A stretch of 64,000 nt of DNA, from the NCBI GenBank assembly GCA_052279835.1, contig CP181291.1, positions 6,048,001 to 6,112,000 of the forward strand, given 5' to 3'. How positions within the stretch are numbered: position 1 is the stretch's first letter; each line of letters begins with the position of its first letter. Source of the DNA: Microcoleus sp. GTDB taxonomy: Bacteria > Cyanobacteriota > Cyanobacteriia > Cyanobacteriales > Microcoleaceae. The position numbers and the translations under genes were made by a program. The notes under the pieces are model-generated. The model had not been told where the DNA came from, did not search any database, and saw only the letters and a list, made by a program, of their open reading frames with translations. Shown one piece after another: positions 50,512-60,171 of this stretch.

Positions 50512-53316
50512 TTAATTGCTGTTCTCACCAATCAGCAAAGCACAAGGAAAGTAATTTATAGCTTCAGCAATTGCTAATTGACCGTTACTTTCTACCATCT
50601 GATTTGTAATCGCATCTTTCCAAACAGACGGCATTTCCTCGGACAATTCTAGCTTCGTATCTTTCCAGATTTTTTCGCCTAGTGGCATTTCTTCTGGCTT
50701 GACTATCCCCGTCAAAAACCGAGGAGCGATCGCAATAGCTGTCGTATTTTCGTAGCTGCGGGCAAAGGCGATGAGATTATCTTTAAATCTCCCAACTACT
50801 TCCAGTGGCTGATAATTACCTGCTTGAAAAACTTTCAAGTATTGTTTTCTGGCTTCGAGAACTCTGGTGGTCAAAAACAACTTAATTCTCGCATCTTCTT
50901 TGGTTGATATCAACTCTTCAATCAGTTGCAAAATGTCACTTTGAGCTTGTTGTTTAATTTCCTGCAAGACCTGAATTCGGCGCTCAAAATCTACTGGACG
51001 GCGGTTATCTGGATCGACATGGCTTAAATCCCAAAATTCCGTACCTTGATAAATATCCGGGACACCAGGAGCGGTGATTTTTAGCAATGTTTGAGATAAG
51101 GAATTTAAAATTCCATAATCAGCTACTTTTTTCCAGAAAGGTGCGAATTTTTTGAGGAACTGATTTTGTTCACCAGGTTCTAGAACATGATCGACAAAAG
51201 TCATAAAGCCAGTCTCGTATTCGTTATCCGGTCTCAGCCAAGCAGTGTGAACTTTGGCTTCGCGGACGGCTTTAATCACATAATCTTTCATGCGGTCAAT
51301 AAAGTCCGTATTTTCGATTTCTTCAAACGGGAAACTACCGATTAAGGTTTGGTAAAAGAAGTATTCATCATTAGTATCGGGAACCATACGATTCACCAAG
51401 TTGACTTTTTTGGAAGAGTTTAACTCTCTCCAAGATTTGACTTGCTGTTCCCAATCATCGGGGATTTCTGACAGTACGTTAATTCGGGCGCGCACGTCTT
51501 CGCCACGCTTGGTATCGTGGGTAGCTGTGGCATTCATTTTGTGCGGCCACACTGCTTGCTGATGTTGGTTGAATTGGTGAAATTCAGTGAGGGAGACACC
51601 GAATTGACTGGGGTTTCCTCCCACTTCGTTGAGTGATAACAGTCTGTAATAGACGTATAAAAGTGTATCTTCAATGCCTTTTGCCATCAAAGGGCCTGTC
51701 AACTGCTGGAGTTTCATCACAAAGTGGCGTCGCTGCTCTTTTTGTTCTGTTGTTAAGGTTTCTTCTGCTTCCAACAACAGGATTGTTTCGATAAAATTCA
51801 GTTCTTTTAGCAGCAGTGGGATTTGTTGTTTGGCTTTGGCGATCGCATCTTTTACATAAGTGCGATCGGACTCTCTCAAGCCTTCTTGATTAATGTAAGT
51901 TCGGTAAACTGGAAAAATTGCCAAAATGGCTGACAAGGCTTTTTCCAAGCCGGGGCGAGTAAAGTCATTTCCCTGTCGAGATTGACCGGATATATTTTTC
52001 AAAAGTTGAGCGAGATTGTCTACGTCTCCCGCCAAGTTTTTCTCGATAATTAGCCTTTTTTTATCTATAAACAACTGTTCGTAGGGGACGCTGAGCCTAG
52101 TGAATCTGTAATATATATCGCTAAATTGCTGTTCGCGATCGGACCGACAAAAAACGCCGTTTACGTAATTCAAAAAGTCGTAACCACTGGTTCCTTCAAT
52201 CGGCCAGTATGAGGGCAAATCTTCTTTGTGTTCGAGAATTTTCTCCACAGTGATGTAAATATCACCGATTCTGTGCCTCAGCCGTTTTAAATATTCTGTA
52301 GGATCGTAAAGTCCGTCGATATGGTCAATTCTCAATCCAGTAAATTTTCCTTGTTCAATCAAGTCGAAGATCAGAGCATGATTTTTATGAAAAACTTTTA
52401 TATCTTCGACTTTTACCGAAATTAGTTCGTTGACAGTAAAAAATCTGCGGTAGTTAATTTCTTCTGCACCCACTTTCCAAAAAGCCAGACGGTAAAACTG
52501 CTCGGACAGCAAATCATCCAGTAGGTTAAAGCTTTCGGGATTCCCCTTTTCTCCATTAAAAAAATTGATATTTTCATCGATAAATTCTTGAACAATCGGA
52601 TTTTGATTGTAGAGTTCCCACAGCAGCCCTTTGACAAAAGCTATCTGATCGTATCTTTCTTTCCCTTTGGTTTCTGAAGGAATATTCTTAATCAGATAAA
52701 GAATTCCCAAAAACTTGATAAAATCAGGATGACGTCTGCCTAATTCCCTGCCTAAATGTCCCAAGTTATGACTGATGAAATTCGCGTAGGATTGTATTTT
52801 TACTGGCAATTTTAAGCTATAGTAATTGATGCTTAACCCCAGGTCGTTGTATTTTAGTTGAATTTCGCCATTTTCGAGACACTCTCCATAAAAATTACCC
52901 AGCAGCGGAGCCAGCACTCGACCTCTAAGATGTTCGTAACCGTGATCCCATTCAATATCGAAGTAATCGAAATAGTCGGAATCTGGTCCGTGTTCCAATA
53001 CATCTAACAACAGCAAGTTTTGAGTGTCGTAAGCCATGTGATTTGGGACAATATCTTGCAACCATCCCATTTTTTGGTTGTGGATTTCGTCGGTGAGTGC
53101 TTCAAAGTCTTCTGAGGTTCCTAATTCGGGATTGAGCTGATTTGAGTCAACTACATCGTAGCCGTGGCTGCTGCCTTTTCTGGCTTTAAATATGGGTGAA
53201 GCGTACAAATCGGTAATGCCTAATTCTTCTAGATAGCTAACGATTTGTCTGGCGGCTTCAAAGTTAAAGCCTGCATGAAATTGAATCCGATAAGTTGCTG
53301 TGGGAATTCGCATCAT
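50512..53316 (-). CDS. treY: Malto-oligosyltrehalose synthase
   Basis: PTATYRIQF, HGYDVVD, DIVPNHM, RIDHIDGL, THDTKRGED and VDPDNRRPVD. Confidence 0.96.
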   Translation of the reverse strand: MMRIPTATYRIQFHAGFNFEAARQIVSYLEELGITDLYASPIFKARKGSSHGYDVVDSNQLNPELGTSEDFEALTDEIHNQKMGWLQDIVPNHMAYDTQNLLLLDVLEHGPDSDYFDYFDIEWDHGYEHLRGRVLAPLLGNFYGECLENGEIQLKYNDLGLSINYYSLKLPVKIQSYANFISHNLGHLGRELGRRHPDFIKFLGILYLIKNIPSETKGKERYDQIAFVKGLLWELYNQNPIVQEFIDENINFFNGEKGNPESFNLLDDLLSEQFYRLAFWKVGAEEINYRRFFTVNELISVKVEDIKVFHKNHALIFDLIEQGKFTGLRIDHIDGLYDPTEYLKRLRHRIGDIYITVEKILEHKEDLPSYWPIEGTSGYDFLNYVNGVFCRSDREQQFSDIYYRFTRLSVPYEQLFIDKKRLIIEKNLAGDVDNLAQLLKNISGQSRQGNDFTRPGLEKALSAILAIFPVYRTYINQEGLRESDRTYVKDAIAKAKQQIPLLLKELNFIETILLLEAEETLTTEQKEQRRHFVMKLQQLTGPLMAKGIEDTLLYVYYRLLSLNEVGGNPSQFGVSLTEFHQFNQHQQAVWPHKMNATATHDTKRGEDVRARINVLSEIPDDWEQQVKSWRELNSSKKVNLVNRMVPDTNDEYFFYQTLIGSFPFEEIENTDFIDRMKDYVIKAVREAKVHTAWLRPDNEYETGFMTFVDHVLEPGEQNQFLKKFAPFWKKVADYGILNSLSQTLLKITAPGVPDIYQGTEFWDLSHVDPDNRRPVDFERRIQVLQEIKQQAQSDILQLIEELISTKEDARIKLFLTTRVLEARKQYLKVFQAGNYQPLEVVGRFKDNLIAFARSYENTTAIAIAPRFLTGIVKPEEMPLGEKIWKDTKLELSEEMPSVWKDAITNQMVESNGQLAIAEAINYFPCALLIGENSN

Positions 53317-53354
53317 GTTAATTTTACTCCTAATTTTTTATGGTTTTTTATTTT

Positions 53355-53549
53355 AAAGAGGAGGCTGAGCCTCTGGGACTGCATTCCCAGGCTGAGCCTG
53401 GGAACGAGAAAAACGAGAGAAACAAGAGATAAAGAGGAGGCTGAGCCTCCGGGACTGTATTCCCAGGCTGAGCCTGGGAACGAGAAAAACGAGAGATAAA
53501 TGGTTTCTAGGAAGAGCCTGGGAACAGATATCTAGAGGCTCTGCCTCCT
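53355..53549. repeat. Two tandem copies (period 76 bp) plus one inverted degenerate copy of a TTCCCAGGCTGAGCCTGGGAA repeat
   Basis: Copies at 53355 and 53431, inverted copy about 53501-53549. Confidence 0.85.
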
Positions 53550-53552
53550 GTT

Positions 53553-55400
53553 TTAATCTAATTCATAGAGTGCAAAATTATGGGGTGTGACAATCAATTC
53601 TTGGTCGCAAGTTATTTTTTCTGGCAAGGTGGAACCTGGACCCATCCACTTTGCCTCAGCAGAGTCTAAAATCTTTTTCCAATTGCCTTGGGGAAGTGCT
53701 GGCGTAAAAGCAACCTGTTGTTCGTTGAAGTTTAGAATGCAGAATATCTGACTGTCATCTGTCCACCGACGTAGAAATAAGATTTTTTCCGCTTCGATGC
53801 TAGAAACTTCTAGGTTGGTTTTATCCAGTTTTTTAAGGGCGGGTATGGTGCGCCGCAGTTGAATTAAATGTTGGTGCCATTCCCAGAGAATTTTATGTTT
53901 GCCTTTTGTTTGTAGTTCCCAATTTAACTTGCACTTTTGAAAACTGTCTGGACTCTGGGGGTCTTGAAAATCGCCTCGTCCTTCAAAGATTTTAAATTCT
54001 TGTTGTTTGTCTTTGCGAATCGCTTCAATTAAGTTTTCGTCGGAGTGTGAAACGAAGTACAAAAATGGTGCTTCTTCTCCGTATTCTTCTCCCATAAATA
54101 GGAAAGGAATGTAGGGAGAAGTTAAGACAGTGCCGGCGGCGAGTTTGAGGGATTCAAAATCAACTATTTTTGAAAGTCTATCTCCCAAAATACGGTTGCC
54201 GATTTGGTCGTGGGTTTGGGAAAATACGACGAATTGATGGGCTGGTACATCCTTGGCAGAACTGCCGTGTTTTCGCTTTCTGTGGGGGGCGTATTGACCG
54301 GAGTAAACAAAGCTTTCTCGGTAGGATTTTTCTAATTGTTCGCACTTGCCGAAGTCTTGGTAGTATCGGTCGTTTTCTCCTGTGAGAAGTGCGTGCAGTG
54401 CGTGATGGAAATCGTCGCACCACTGGGCATCTAGTCCGAATCCTCCTAGTTCTTTAGGACGCAGAACGCGGGCATCATTTAAGTCGCTTTCTGCTATTAA
54501 ATAAAGTTGCCGTCCTAACTGTTGAGAAAGGTCGTAGGTGGCATCGGCTATTTCTTGCAAAAACGGTCTGGCAGTTACTTCAAATATTGCTTGAATTGCG
54601 TCGAGTCTCAGGCCATCGATGTGATAGTCTCGAAACCAGTATAGGGCGTTTTCCAGAAAGTAGTGGCGGACTCCATCGCTGTAGGCGTCGTCGAAGTTGA
54701 GGGGGTCTCCCCAAATTGAGCCGTATTTGGATGTGAAGTATGGGCCGAAGTCACGGAGATAGTTTCCTTCTGGGCCGAGGTGGTTGAAAACTACATCAAG
54801 AATTACTGAAATACCTTGTTGGTGGCAGGCGTCGATCAGTTTTTTGAAGCCTTCGGGACCACCGTAGGAGTTTTGGACTGCGTAGGGATATACGCCATCG
54901 TAGCCCCAATTGCGATCGCCTGGAAATTGGGCGACTGGCATAATTTCTATGGCGTTGATTCCCAGTTCTTTGAGTTGCTTTAGTTGGGGAATTATTGCTT
55001 CAAAGGTTCCGGCTTTGGTGAATGTGCCGACGTGGAGTTCATAGATGATGGTTTCTGCTAGTGGTACGCCTTGCCAATCTGTATCTGTCCAGGTAAATGC
55101 GCTTTCATCTATGACTTGGGAAGGGGAGTGTACGCCTTGGGGTTGACATTTGGATGCGGGGTCTGGTCTGTGGATGTTGCCTTCTAGTTGGTAGGTGTAA
55201 AGGGTTCCTGGTGGGATATCTGTAGCGGTGGTTTGCCAATACCCGGCGGCGGATTGTTGCATGGGGAGCAGGCGTTTGTCTGGGGAAACAAGTTGAACTG
55301 CTACTTGTTTAAGGGTGGGGGCCCAAACCGTAAATTCGCATTGATTGTTGCCAAGGTAGTTTGCTCCTATCTTCATTTTAAGTTCTGTTCCCGATCGCAT
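53553..55400 (-). CDS. treZ: Malto-oligosyltrehalose trehalohydrolase
   Basis: YELHVGTF, RNWGYDG, GLRLDA, IAESD and HDQIGNR. Confidence 0.96.
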   Translation of the reverse strand: MRSGTELKMKIGANYLGNNQCEFTVWAPTLKQVAVQLVSPDKRLLPMQQSAAGYWQTTATDIPPGTLYTYQLEGNIHRPDPASKCQPQGVHSPSQVIDESAFTWTDTDWQGVPLAETIIYELHVGTFTKAGTFEAIIPQLKQLKELGINAIEIMPVAQFPGDRNWGYDGVYPYAVQNSYGGPEGFKKLIDACHQQGISVILDVVFNHLGPEGNYLRDFGPYFTSKYGSIWGDPLNFDDAYSDGVRHYFLENALYWFRDYHIDGLRLDAIQAIFEVTARPFLQEIADATYDLSQQLGRQLYLIAESDLNDARVLRPKELGGFGLDAQWCDDFHHALHALLTGENDRYYQDFGKCEQLEKSYRESFVYSGQYAPHRKRKHGSSAKDVPAHQFVVFSQTHDQIGNRILGDRLSKIVDFESLKLAAGTVLTSPYIPFLFMGEEYGEEAPFLYFVSHSDENLIEAIRKDKQQEFKIFEGRGDFQDPQSPDSFQKCKLNWELQTKGKHKILWEWHQHLIQLRRTIPALKKLDKTNLEVSSIEAEKILFLRRWTDDSQIFCILNFNEQQVAFTPALPQGNWKKILDSAEAKWMGPGSTLPEKITCDQELIVTPHNFALYELD

Positions 55401-55696
55401 AGGTTGGCGGTATGACTAAAAATGCTATTTTGGCAATAGGTCTGTTGAGCCCCGATCGCCAACCAGCCTGTTTTAAAAGTAATATAACTTAAAAGAGTAA
55501 CAGACAACTAACTTTAGACAGAGCCAGGTTTACAATTTTGCCCTCGGCTAAATTAGTAGTGGATTCCATTTACATTAAAGCATGAATCTGGTTTGCCCGA
55601 TCGCCAAATTAGTCCTCTTTAAGGGTGACTATTTTTGGGGAAAATAATGTTTAAAATAGACCTCAAGGTAGATGACAAGTCAGCGAGTGTGTTCCT

Positions 55697-57775
55697 ATGG
55701 TTATTGCTTTTGGACGGGAAATCTGCTGCAATCTGGACTCGGCGGAGTCTCGCGAATGGTTGGTCACAAACGGGATCGGCGGTTATGCTAGTGGGACGAT
55801 CGCCAATCTCCTCACCCGCCGCTATCACGGTCTGCTGGTGGCTGCGCTCCAACCCCCGCTGGGACGCACTTTGATGCTGGCCAAACTGGACGAGACGGCG
55901 GTGTATCATGATCGCGCCTATCCTCTTTATACAAATCGCTGGACCGACGGGACGATCGAACCCCACGGCTACAACTACATCGAAAGCTTTCACCTGGAAG
56001 GTACGACGCCTGTTTGGAGATTTGCTCTGGCGGACGCTATCCTAGAAAAGCGGATTTGGATGCAACAAAGTGCTAACACAACGTATATTCAATATCGTTT
56101 GCACCGCGCCTCAAAACCGATCGCCCTGGCTGTCAAGGCCCTGATCGACTATCGCGACTATCACCACACCACGAGCGCCGACGATTGGCAAATCGGTCTA
56201 GAAACAGTGGAAAAAGGGATTTGCGCCACTGCTTTTCCGAAAGCTGCACCCCTCTACCTGCTAAGTGATGCCACACCAGAGGCGAAACTCCGAGTTTCTA
56301 CGCCCTTATACAATTGGCACTACGGATTTGACCTCGCAGCCGAAAGGCGGCGGGGATTGGAGTGTTGTGAGGATCATCTGCACGCAGCCACTTTCCATTT
56401 CACCATCGCACCGGGACAGTCTCTGACTTTAATCGCCAGCACGGACAAAAAACCGCAATTAAACGGGGATACCGCTTTAGAACTCCGTCGCACCTATGAC
56501 CAAGAATTGCTGCAACCATGGTCAAAAGTGAGAGAAGCTCCCCCTTGGATAAATCACTTAGTGCTAGCAGCCGACCAATTTATTGTCAATCGCCCGGTGC
56601 CAGAGGAACGGGACGGGAAAACGATCATCGCCGGCTATCCCTGGTTCAGCGACTGGGGGCGGGATACGATGATTGCTCTACCGGGTCTCACAATGTGTAC
56701 GGGGCGATCGTCCATTGCTCGATCGATCCTGCGAACTTTTGCGCGGTATGTCGATCGCGGGATGTTGCCAAACCGCTTTCCCGATGCCGGTGGTGCCCCG
56801 GAATACAACACCGTAGACGCGACGCTGTGGTACTTTGAAGCAATTCGCGCTTATATCGATGGCACCGGAGACGACGAACTTTTGACCGAACTCTGGCCGA
56901 CGTTATGTGAGATTGTGGATTGGCACATCAAGGGTACTAGGTATAACATCCACCTCGATGCCGAGGACGGTTTGATCTACGCCGGGGAAACGGGGGTGCA
57001 ACTGACTTGGATGGACGTAAAAATCGGCGATTGGGTGGTGACACCGCGCATTGGTAAGCCGATCGAAATCAGCGCTCTTTGGTACAATGCCATACAAGCA
57101 ATGGTCAGTTTTGCTCAAAAATTGGGAAAACCTGACTATGAATACCAGAAATTAGCCCGTCGTACAGCAGCCGGATTCACTCGTTTCTGGAACGACAGGA
57201 AAGGTTACTGTTACGATGTTCTCGACGGTCCAGACGGACATGATGAGGAACTGCGGCCCAACCAGATATTCGCCGTGTCCCTACCCCTAGACTCAAGTTG
57301 TCTGCCATCGCCCAACTCCTTGTCACCAAAAGAGATGGGGGCTAAGCATGGGCCGCGGTATACACCTTTACTCACGCCCGATCGATGTCGGGGCGTGGTA
57401 GATGCCTGCGCTCAACAACTTCTGACTTCCGTTGGCCTTCGCAGCCTCTCGCCGGAAGACGCGCAATATCGGGGCGACTACGGAGGCGATCCATTGCAGC
57501 GCGACAGCGCCTATCACCAAGGCACGGTTTGGGGATGGCTGATTGGGCCCTTTGTGTTGGCTCACTTGCAGGTATACAAAGACCCAGCACAAGCTCGCGA
57601 ATTCCTAGCACCAATGGCACATCATATATTAGCTGGCGGAGTTGGCAGTTTGGGCGAAATTTTTGAGGGGGACGCGCCCCACGCGCCGCGGGGTTGCACC
57701 GCACAAGCTTGGACAGTCGCTGAGGTGCTGCGGGCTTGGTTAGCAATTCAGAAGACGGGTAGTTATGGCAGTTGA
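55697..57775 (+). CDS. Amylo-alpha-1,6-glucosidase (glycogen debranching enzyme)
   Basis: EWLVTNGIGG, AGYPWFSDWGRD, LTWMD, YHQGTVW and QAW. Confidence 0.93.
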   Translation: MVIAFGREICCNLDSAESREWLVTNGIGGYASGTIANLLTRRYHGLLVAALQPPLGRTLMLAKLDETAVYHDRAYPLYTNRWTDGTIEPHGYNYIESFHLEGTTPVWRFALADAILEKRIWMQQSANTTYIQYRLHRASKPIALAVKALIDYRDYHHTTSADDWQIGLETVEKGICATAFPKAAPLYLLSDATPEAKLRVSTPLYNWHYGFDLAAERRRGLECCEDHLHAATFHFTIAPGQSLTLIASTDKKPQLNGDTALELRRTYDQELLQPWSKVREAPPWINHLVLAADQFIVNRPVPEERDGKTIIAGYPWFSDWGRDTMIALPGLTMCTGRSSIARSILRTFARYVDRGMLPNRFPDAGGAPEYNTVDATLWYFEAIRAYIDGTGDDELLTELWPTLCEIVDWHIKGTRYNIHLDAEDGLIYAGETGVQLTWMDVKIGDWVVTPRIGKPIEISALWYNAIQAMVSFAQKLGKPDYEYQKLARRTAAGFTRFWNDRKGYCYDVLDGPDGHDEELRPNQIFAVSLPLDSSCLPSPNSLSPKEMGAKHGPRYTPLLTPDRCRGVVDACAQQLLTSVGLRSLSPEDAQYRGDYGGDPLQRDSAYHQGTVWGWLIGPFVLAHLQVYKDPAQAREFLAPMAHHILAGGVGSLGEIFEGDAPHAPRGCTAQAWTVAEVLRAWLAIQKTGSYGS

Positions 57776-57826
57776 CAGTTGACAGTTAACATTTAACAGT
57801 TGACAGTTAACTGTTAAATGTTAACT
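57770..57826. repeat. STRR (CAGTTGA) block forming a hairpin
   Basis: AGTTAACATTTAACAGTT...AACTGTTAAATGTTAACT inverted arms. Confidence 0.75.
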
Positions 57827-57846
57827 TTTGGTTGAATCGGAGGTTT

Positions 57847-58888
57847 ATGGCATTATTATTGGCTGGTGACATTGGCGGAACTAAGACGATTTTACGCTTA
57901 GTGGAAAAGACTGTTGAGGGTGAAATGAAACCTCTTTATGAGTTGCGCTATCCCAGTGGAGAGTTTCCAGATTTAGTGCCGATGGTGCAGCATTTTTTGG
58001 CGGAAGCTGCTGTGAAGCTGGACTTGGCACCAGTACCGGAAACAGCTTGTTTTGCGATCGCAGGCCCTGTCCTTAACAATACTGCAAAACTGACGAATTT
58101 GCCTTGGCAGCTTGAGGTAAAGCGTCTAGAACAAGAATTAGGAATATCTCACGTTAGTTTAATTAATGATTTTGTCGCCATTGGCTACGGCGTGTCTGGT
58201 TTGGATGGGACAGATTTGCACACTTTGCAAGTCGGAAAACTCCGAGAAACGCGATCCAATTGCCGTGATTGGTGCGGGTACTGGTTTGGGCAAATGTTTT
58301 GCTATTCCCGACACCAATGGGATCAGAGTTTTTTCTTCCGAAGGGGGACACGGTGACTTTGCACCTCGCTCCGAGTTGGAGTTTCAGTTGCTCAAATATT
58401 TGTTAGCAAAACACGACATTCCCAGAATATCCATCGAGCGAGTAGTTTCGGGCCAGGGAATTGTGGCAATTTATCAGTTTTTGCGGGACATAAAATTTGC
58501 GTCGGAATCTGCGGAGGTAGGGAAAATTATTAAACAATGGGAGTCAGAAATTGGGAAAACTGAAAAAACGGTCGATCCCGGAGCGACAATTGCCAAGGCG
58601 GCACTGGAAAAGTGCGATCGACTTTCGGAACAAACCATGCAAATGTTTGTAGAAGCTTACGGCGCTGTGGCCGGAAATATGGGTGTCACCCTTTTACCCT
58701 ACGGTGGTTTGTACATCGCTGGTGGCATTGCTGCTAAAATTTTGCCACTGATGGAAGAAGGCAGTTTTATGCGGGCGTTTACCCACAAAGGGCGCATGGA
58801 TTCGCTATTGGAAATGATACCAGTTCACATTGTTTTGAATAGCAATGTAGGGTTGATTGGAGCGGCAGTTTGTGCAGCGGGTCTTTAG
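57847..58888 (+). CDS. glk: Glucokinase, split by a +1 frameshift at 58236-58239 (probable sequencing error)
   Basis: GDIGGT, AIAGP and INDF in the first frame. GAGTGLG, SEGGH, ERVVSG and GGIAAKI in the second frame. Confidence 0.92.
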
Positions 58889-59001
58889 GGTATCTTAAGT
58901 TTCAACGAGTCTGCTCTTTTGTCCCCCTTCTTCCCCCCTTGCGGGGGGCAGGGGGGGGTTCCCCATTACACGCTCACCTCACCTAACTGAGAAAGGCTAT
59001 A

Positions 59002-59586
59002 TTATGCAACAACATCAAATTTTATGCGATCGTAAATATCCCTTAAACTAATTTGAAACTTAACCGACTCTAAAATCAACATATCATCCTCAGACTCATA
59101 CTCAGTTAAAAGCCATTTACCATCCCTTGTTTTAGCAAACTGTTCTAGGTGATAACTGTATTGGTCAATTAGAATATATTCCCGAAGTTCAGGAAGCGAT
59201 CGATAACACATAAACTTCTCCCCTCTATCGTAATTCTTCGTTGACTTAGACAACACCTCAACAATCAGCAAAGGATTTGTCACAGCAGTGGTATTAGTTC
59301 CCACATACACGGGTTCACCTTGCATCACCATTACATCTGGATAAGTGTAGAAACTGTAACGCGGTATCCGCAACCGCATATCATTAATAAATACCTCGTA
59401 ACTCTGTCCGCCGACACTCAAGGGAAATCTTTTATAGAAATTCCCTGCAAGTTTATTGTGATTAGCAGTTCCACCAGGCCTCGGTACTATGTCCCCATTT
59501 CGATATTCACTTTTGGATTCCGCAGTTTCTTCTAAAGCCAGATATTCCTCGGTCGTATAGTAGCGTTGCTTTGTTTCTGTCAGCAT
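59002..59586 (-). CDS. Uma2 family (PD-(D/E)XK-like) endonuclease
   Basis: EY..G.IV...G.T.NH, YPDVMV, EVLS.ST..YDRGEK. Confidence 0.92.
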   Translation of the reverse strand: MLTETKQRYYTTEEYLALEETAESKSEYRNGDIVPRPGGTANHNKLAGNFYKRFPLSVGGQSYEVFINDMRLRIPRYSFYTYPDVMVMQGEPVYVGTNTTAVTNPLLIVEVLSKSTKNYDRGEKFMCYRSLPELREYILIDQYSYHLEQFAKTRDGKWLLTEYESEDDMLILESVKFQISLRDIYDRIKFDVVA

Positions 59587-59693
59587 ACTATCTTTCTCCT
59601 ATACAAAATCAGATGACTAATTAGATGATAGCTTGGATTAACTAGACCAAGCAAAATAGAATATCCTTTCTAGTTCTCATATATCATATAAAA

Positions 59694-60143
59694 TTACTGC
59701 ATCTTCAAAATCTTCTTAGCCGCAGCTTCAGAAACCGGCATCACCGATAACCGATTGCCTTTCCTCACCACCAAAAGCTCATCATGACTAAAATTTTCCT
59801 TCAGTTCATCCAAAGATATTAAATTGGCAAATTCCTCCACAAACTCCACTCTCACAGTTTGCCAGCGAGGCGCAGCGAAGGTAGATTTTGCATCATAATA
59901 TTCACTATTTGTATCGAACTGAGTTGGATCGGGGATATTAGTTTCAACGATACGCATCAAGCCGACTATCCCCGGTATCTTAGTATTAGAATGGTAAAAA
60001 AAGACTAAATCACCCTGACTCATTTCTCGCATAAAATTCCGAGCTTGATAATTACGAACGCCATCCCAGATCGAAATCCCATCGGATTTCAAATCCGCAA
60101 TACTATAAACATCCGGTTCCGACTTCATCAACCAATAATTCAT
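59694..60143 (-). CDS. EVE domain protein
   Basis: YWLMKSEP, WDGVRNYQARNF, FFYHS and RLSVMPV. Confidence 0.94.
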   Translation of the reverse strand: MNYWLMKSEPDVYSIADLKSDGISIWDGVRNYQARNFMREMSQGDLVFFYHSNTKIPGIVGLMRIVETNIPDPTQFDTNSEYYDAKSTFAAPRWQTVRVEFVEEFANLISLDELKENFSHDELLVVRKGNRLSVMPVSEAAAKKILKMQ

Positions 60144-60171
60144 ACAATCTATTCGCTATCCTCAGAATATT

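Noticed and set aside
53355..53549. Mini-CRISPR (two palindromic repeats 76 bp apart)
   Set aside because: The sequence between the palindromes is itself duplicated and a third copy is inverted, which fits a REP-like element.
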